DNA of 64,000 bases, from positions 32,001-96,000 of the forward strand of contig CAXXKT010000001.1 in the NCBI GenBank assembly GCA_963662405.2, given 5' to 3'. A model generated the notes under the pieces. It saw nothing but the letters and a program-made list of their open reading frames with translations, ran no database searches and was not told the origin of the DNA. This document shows positions 59,664 to 64,000 of the stretch, piece after piece (within the stretch, counting starts at the first letter, position 1; each line of letters begins with the position of its first letter). Source of the stretch: Syntrophales bacterium. Its GTDB lineage: Bacteria; Desulfobacterota; Syntrophia; Syntrophales; UBA2210. The translations under genes were made by a program, and so were the position numbers.

Positions 59664-60416
59664 ATGCAGGTAGTCTATGGCGTTCATCCGGTTGCGGAAG
59701 CCCTGAAGGATGGCGGCGGGATAGAAAAGGTTTTCCTGATCAGAGGGGACAAACGAGGTGGCGTCCGGGAGATTACAGACCTTGCCTCTCGTAGAAAGAT
59801 TCCCGTCGTCTTTACGGACAAAGAACATCTGAGCACCGTCGCCGGCACCCATCACCATCAGGGCGTCCTCTGCATATGCGAAGAATTCCGGTATACGGAT
59901 ATCGATGAAATCCTTGCCGGCTGCAGCTCACAAACGAAGACTCTCCTCTTAATCCTTGACGAAATTACCGACCCTCAGAACCTTGGCGCTCTTATGCGGA
60001 CGGCCTTTTGTTTCGGCGTCGCGGGCCTGATCATTCCGGTGAATCGAGCGGCGTCCGTCACCTCTTCGGTCATCAAGGCATCGGCCGGCGCGGCCCTTCA
60101 TCTCCCTGTCGCAAAAGTCGTGAATATTGCAAGAACCATCGATCGCCTGAAAGAAGAGGGGTTTTGGGTATACGGTACCGTTGCCGGATGTGAAAAAGAG
60201 ATATCTTCCCCTGATTATAGCGGTCGTGTCGCCCTTGTCCTGGGAAGTGAGGGAAAGGGGATCCGACCACTCGTCAAGAAAAAATGTGATATCCTGGTTT
60301 CCATCCCCATGAGCGGCCCCCTCGATTCCCTGAATGTATCCGTAGCGGGTGGCATTATCCTCTATGAAATAACCCGCCGGATGAATACGTCGAGCACAGA
60401 GGGGGAAAGGAGGTAA
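59664..60416 (+). CDS. rlmB: 23S rRNA Gm2251 methyltransferase (SpoU family)
   Basis: YG.HPV.EAL, HQG, DPQNLGA..R, GSEGKG, SLNVSVA. Confidence 0.92.
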   Translation: MQVVYGVHPVAEALKDGGGIEKVFLIRGDKRGGVREITDLASRRKIPVVFTDKEHLSTVAGTHHHQGVLCICEEFRYTDIDEILAGCSSQTKTLLLILDEITDPQNLGALMRTAFCFGVAGLIIPVNRAASVTSSVIKASAGAALHLPVAKVVNIARTIDRLKEEGFWVYGTVAGCEKEISSPDYSGRVALVLGSEGKGIRPLVKKKCDILVSIPMSGPLDSLNVSVAGGIILYEITRRMNTSSTEGERR

Positions 60417-60418
60417 AC

Positions 60419-61630
60419 ATGTCGGTATATTTGTGGGAGGGAACAACCAGAAGGGGGGAAAAGAAAAAGGGTGAAATGGAGGCAGCGGATGAAAGCAGTG
60501 TGAGGATCCAGCTCCGCCGTCAGCGAATCAAACCCGAGAATATAAAGAAAAAACCCAAGGATCTCTTTGAGAACATTCCTTTCCTTCAGCAGAAGGTCAA
60601 AGAGCATGATGTGGTGGTCTTCGCCAGGCAATTCGCCACGATGATCAACGCCGGGCTCCCCATCATTCAGTGTTTGGACCTCCTCGGTGAAGAGGAAAAA
60701 AATCCTTCTTTTGCAAAGATCATCAAAACGATCAAAGATGATATCGAAGGAGGATCTTCGCTCACGGATGCCCTCAGCCAATATCCTGACGTCTTTGACG
60801 AACTGTTCGTCAACCTGATCACTGCCGGTGAAGCGGGCGGCATCCTGGATGTGATCCTCAATCGTCTTTCCGCATATATGGAAAAAGCGATAGCACTGAA
60901 ACGGAAAGTCAAGGGAGCTATGACGTACCCGGTTACCGTTCTCATTGTTGCCGTAGCGGTGGTCATCCTCCTCCTTTACAAGGTTGTCCCTGTTTTCGAG
61001 GAAATGTTTTCAAGCATGGGATCGGCCCTCCCGGGCCCGACACAGTTTCTTGTCGATCTGAGCCGTTTCGTTCAAAACAATATCCTCTATATACTGGGGG
61101 GAATCGCCCTCTTCGTCTTTGTCTTTCGGAGATATTACAAAACCCGGCGGGGGAGACTTCAGGTAGATCGTTTTGTCCTCAAGCTACCCGTATTCGGCAT
61201 CTTACTAAAGAAAGTCGCCGTAGCAAAATTCTCACGGACCCTCTCCACGATGATGAGCAGCGGCGTTCCCATCCTTGACGGACTTGAGATCGTCAGCAAG
61301 ACAGCGGGGAACAAGGTGATCGAAAAGGCCCTGATGAACACCAGAAAGAGCATAAGTGAAGGGAGGACGATCGCCGCGCCCCTTGCGGAAGCGGACATCT
61401 TTCCTTCCATGGTCGTCTCCATGATAGCGGTGGGTGAAAACACCGGCGCCCTCGATGCCATGTTGGAAAAGATAGCCGATTTTTACGATTCCGAGGTGGA
61501 TGCCGCGGTGAGTGCCTTGACATCACTGCTTGAACCCATCATGATGGTGTTTCTGGGAGGTGTTGTGGGGGGGATGATCGTCGCCCTCTATCTGCCCATC
61601 TTTTCGATGGCAGGAGCCGTCGCCGGGTAG
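60419..61630 (+). CDS. pilC: type IV pilus platform protein (GspF/PilC family)
   Basis: RQFATMI.AGLP, AGE.GG.LD, A.TYP, VGE.TG.LD.ML, LYLPIF. Confidence 0.9.
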   Translation: MSVYLWEGTTRRGEKKKGEMEAADESSVRIQLRRQRIKPENIKKKPKDLFENIPFLQQKVKEHDVVVFARQFATMINAGLPIIQCLDLLGEEEKNPSFAKIIKTIKDDIEGGSSLTDALSQYPDVFDELFVNLITAGEAGGILDVILNRLSAYMEKAIALKRKVKGAMTYPVTVLIVAVAVVILLLYKVVPVFEEMFSSMGSALPGPTQFLVDLSRFVQNNILYILGGIALFVFVFRRYYKTRRGRLQVDRFVLKLPVFGILLKKVAVAKFSRTLSTMMSSGVPILDGLEIVSKTAGNKVIEKALMNTRKSISEGRTIAAPLAEADIFPSMVVSMIAVGENTGALDAMLEKIADFYDSEVDAAVSALTSLLEPIMMVFLGGVVGGMIVALYLPIFSMAGAVAG

Positions 61631-61642
61631 CAATTCATAAAA

Positions 61643-61719
61643 TGGTCGGGATGGCGCGATTTGAACGCGCGACTCCTGCGTCCCGAACGCAGTGCCCTAC
61701 CAGGCTGGGCCACATCCCG
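61643..61719 (-). tRNA. tRNA-Pro(CGG), CCA encoded
   Basis: CGGGATG/CATCCCG acceptor stem, CTGCG-TTCGGGA-CGCAG anticodon arm, GTTCAAATC T-loop, ACCA end. Confidence 0.97.
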
Positions 61720-61871
61720 ACAGCCCCATTGACTATATAATTTATCTCGAAATGTCCATAAAAAAGTGAACCATGCCGTGTGCAATCTGCGTTAAAGGTG
61801 ATGTCACGACTTGTCTGATGCGGATTTTCATGATATTGGTCAGCCAACGCTCTACAGGAGGAATCGGTTCC

Positions 61872-62288
61872 GTGATCATTTATGACCTCAAGTGTGAAAA
61901 TAGCCACACTTTCGAAGGCTGGTTCAACGACAGAAATGCCTTTGAAAATCAGCGAAAGAAAAATCTCGTCACCTGTCCGGTGTGCGGCAGTTCGAGCATA
62001 GATATCGTCCCTTCAACCATTACGGTCATGGGAAAGGGGACCGAGCGACTCAATGATTCACGTAAACGAGAACTCTCCCCCCTGAAGGCCCTCCAGATGT
62101 TCCACGAGTATGTCGATAAGACATTCGAAGATGTGGGAAGCCGGTTCGCCGAAGTTGCCCTGCGGATCCACGCCGGCGAGGAAGACCACAGAAACATCAA
62201 GGGAACCACGACGGAACGGGAAGAAACCGTCCTCACTGAAGAAGGCGTCCCTTTCGTCAAGATCCCCGTACCGAAGTTCGACAGCTGA
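61872..62288 (+). CDS. DUF1178 family protein
   Basis: AGGAGG then GTG; IYDLKC...HTFEGWF, CPVCGS, EDVG.RFAE.A..IH. Confidence 0.88.
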   Translation: MIIYDLKCENSHTFEGWFNDRNAFENQRKKNLVTCPVCGSSSIDIVPSTITVMGKGTERLNDSRKRELSPLKALQMFHEYVDKTFEDVGSRFAEVALRIHAGEEDHRNIKGTTTEREETVLTEEGVPFVKIPVPKFDS

Positions 62289-62313
62289 CTCCGATGCAAT
62301 CGGGGGGCTCCCC

Positions 62314-64000
62314 ATGAAAAAACGCTATAACAATATTCTTGATCTGATCGGGGGTACCCCTCTCGTTGAGATCCGCCGTTTAAATCCCCACAAACACGTC
62401 ACCATCTATGCCAAAATGGAGGTGATGAATCCCGGTGGATCAATCAAGGACCGAACCGCTCTCGCTATGATAGAGAGGGCCGAGGAGAGGGGGGACCTCA
62501 CTCCTGGAATGATCATCCTCGAGGCAACCAGCGGCAACACCGGCATCGGTCTTGCGATGGTCGCGGCAGCAAAGGGGTATCGCCTGACCCTGATCATGCC
62601 CGAGTCGGCCAGCGAAGAGCGGAAAAAAACAGTAAAGGCCATGGGCGCCCACCTGCATCTGACCCCGGCCGAGCTGGGAACCGACGGCGCGATCGAGGTG
62701 GCGTACGAGATGCTCCGTGCTCATCCCGAACTATATTTCGCCACCGATCAGTTCAACTCCGAAGACAACATCATGGCCCACTACCACGGAACGGGGGAAG
62801 AGATCTGGGAGCAAACCGACCATCAGGTTACCATGGTCGTGGCAACCCTCGGGACATCCGGGACCGTTATGGGCATCTCCCGGAGGCTTAAAGAATACGG
62901 CAAAGATATAAAAATCGTCGGGGTTGAACCCTATCTCCACCACAAGATTCAGGGGCTCAAGAACATGAAGGAGTCATACCGGCCGGGTATCTTCGATAGG
63001 AACCTCCTGGATGAAAAGGTCAACATCCTGGATGAAGACGCCTTTGAGATGGCCCGGGCCCTGGCACGCACCGAGGGACTCTTCGTCGGCATGAGCTCCG
63101 GTGCGGCCATGCACGTGGCCCTCGAAAAGGCCCGGGAGATGAACGAGGGGGTGATCGTGGTCATCTTCCCCGACGGCGGTGAGCGGTATCTCAGCACATC
63201 CCTCTTTTCGGACCGTGAAGAGGTTTCTCTTCACCTGTACAACACGCTCACCCGGACCAAAGAACCCTTCAAACCGCGCAACGCCGATCAGATCCTGATG
63301 CACTCATGCGGACCAACCATGCACGAGGTGCCGCACATCGGGACATACCGCCGCTTCATCGTGGCGGACATGGTCGTCCGCTATTTGGAATTCAAGGGAT
63401 ATACGGTCAAACATGTCTCCAACATCATAGACCTGGCCGACCGATCCGTCCGCGGAGCCGAGAAGGCAGGCATGGATATCGGGGCCTTTACCCGCGGGCA
63501 CACCGAGACCTTTTTCAACGATCTCGCCACGCTCAATATCAATCATGATAATACCTACCCAACGGCGAGTGAAAACGTCGACGCTATGATCCAACTGACG
63601 GAGCAACTCGTGGAGAGAGGGTATGCTTACGAAAAGCTGCGGTCCGTGTATTTCGACATATCACGGCTCGAAGGCTACGGGACTTTGTCAAATATAGACT
63701 TGGCACACGTCCGCCATTCTCAGACAATCGACCAAGACGATTACGCAAAGGACAGCCCCGTCGACTTCAATCTTCTCAAGCGGTCTACTCTGGCTGAGCT
63801 GAAGGAGGGAATCTATTTTAAGACAAAGTGGGGAAACACCAGGCCCAGTTGGCACCTCGAGTGCGCAGCCCTCTCCATAAAGTATCTGGGGGAAACCTTT
63901 GATATCTACCTCAGTGGTACGGACATCATCTTCCCGCACTGCGAGAACGTCATGGCGATCGGCAAGGCCGCAACGGGGAAAAATATCGCGAACTACTGGC
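62314..64000 (+). CDS. cysteine synthase fused to a divergent cysteinyl-tRNA synthetase-like domain (runs off window)
   Basis: Uninterrupted frame of at least 562 codons, translated by hand. IGGTPL, NPGGSIKDR, EATSGNTG, GTSGT and ERYLS are followed by LYNTLTR.KEPF.P, CGPT, HIGT, RPSWHLEC and FPHCEN. Confidence 0.92.
   Translation, partial: MKKRYNNILDLIGGTPLVEIRRLNPHKHVTIYAKMEVMNPGGSIKDRTALAMIERAEERGDLTPGMIILEATSGNTGIGLAMVAAAKGYRLTLIMPESASEERKKTVKAMGAHLHLTPAELGTDGAIEVAYEMLRAHPELYFATDQFNSEDNIMAHYHGTGEEIWEQTDHQVTMVVATLGTSGTVMGISRRLKEYGKDIKIVGVEPYLHHKIQGLKNMKESYRPGIFDRNLLDEKVNILDEDAFEMARALARTEGLFVGMSSGAAMHVALEKAREMNEGVIVVIFPDGGERYLSTSLFSDREEVSLHLYNTLTRTKEPFKPRNADQILMHSCGPTMHEVPHIGTYRRFIVADMVVRYLEFKGYTVKHVSNIIDLADRSVRGAEKAGMDIGAFTRGHTETFFNDLATLNINHDNTYPTASENVDAMIQLTEQLVERGYAYEKLRSVYFDISRLEGYGTLSNIDLAHVRHSQTIDQDDYAKDSPVDFNLLKRSTLAELKEGIYFKTKWGNTRPSWHLECAALSIKYLGETFDIYLSGTDIIFPHCENVMAIGKAATGKNIANYW

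Noticed and set aside
61643..61719. tRNA-Pro as an island integration site
   Set aside because: No duplicated 3' end and no integrase noticed; the flanks are core-type genes.
1..64000. CRISPR array, rRNA, prophage or transposase
   Set aside because: No regularly spaced repeats or hallmark genes were seen by eye.

Overview
GC-rich bacterial chromosome segment. Gene content suggests an anaerobic deltaproteobacterium, possibly Syntrophales-like; this is inferred from ahbC/ahbD, the cobA-hemD fusion, an N-terminally extended BamA and sigma54 control. Layout: (1) 1-7.5 kb, a co-oriented run of small accessory genes with two diverged copies of a ~175-bp promoter/hairpin/terminator element. (2) 7.6-23.2 kb, a sigma54-controlled 4-hydroxybutyrate/crotonyl-CoA cluster: ABC transporter, MaoC, acyl-CoA dehydrogenase, GldA, Crt, CoA-transferase, Fe-ADH, AbfD and a PAS-bEBP. 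(3) 23.2-29 kb, alternative heme pathway genes. (4) 29-55 kb, lysS-lol-bamA-skp-lpx-waa-msbA envelope/LPS genes, with a frameshifted PagL-like gene and an unusual kinase/methyltransferase/glycosyltransferase cassette. (5) 55-64 kb, housekeeping genes, pilC and tRNA-Pro(CGG), then an ORF missing from the supplied track: a cysteine synthase fused in frame to a CysRS-like domain with a remodelled active site, truncated at the window end. No CRISPR array, rRNA, integrase or transposase was seen. Family calls come from motifs recognised by eye, not from database searches.
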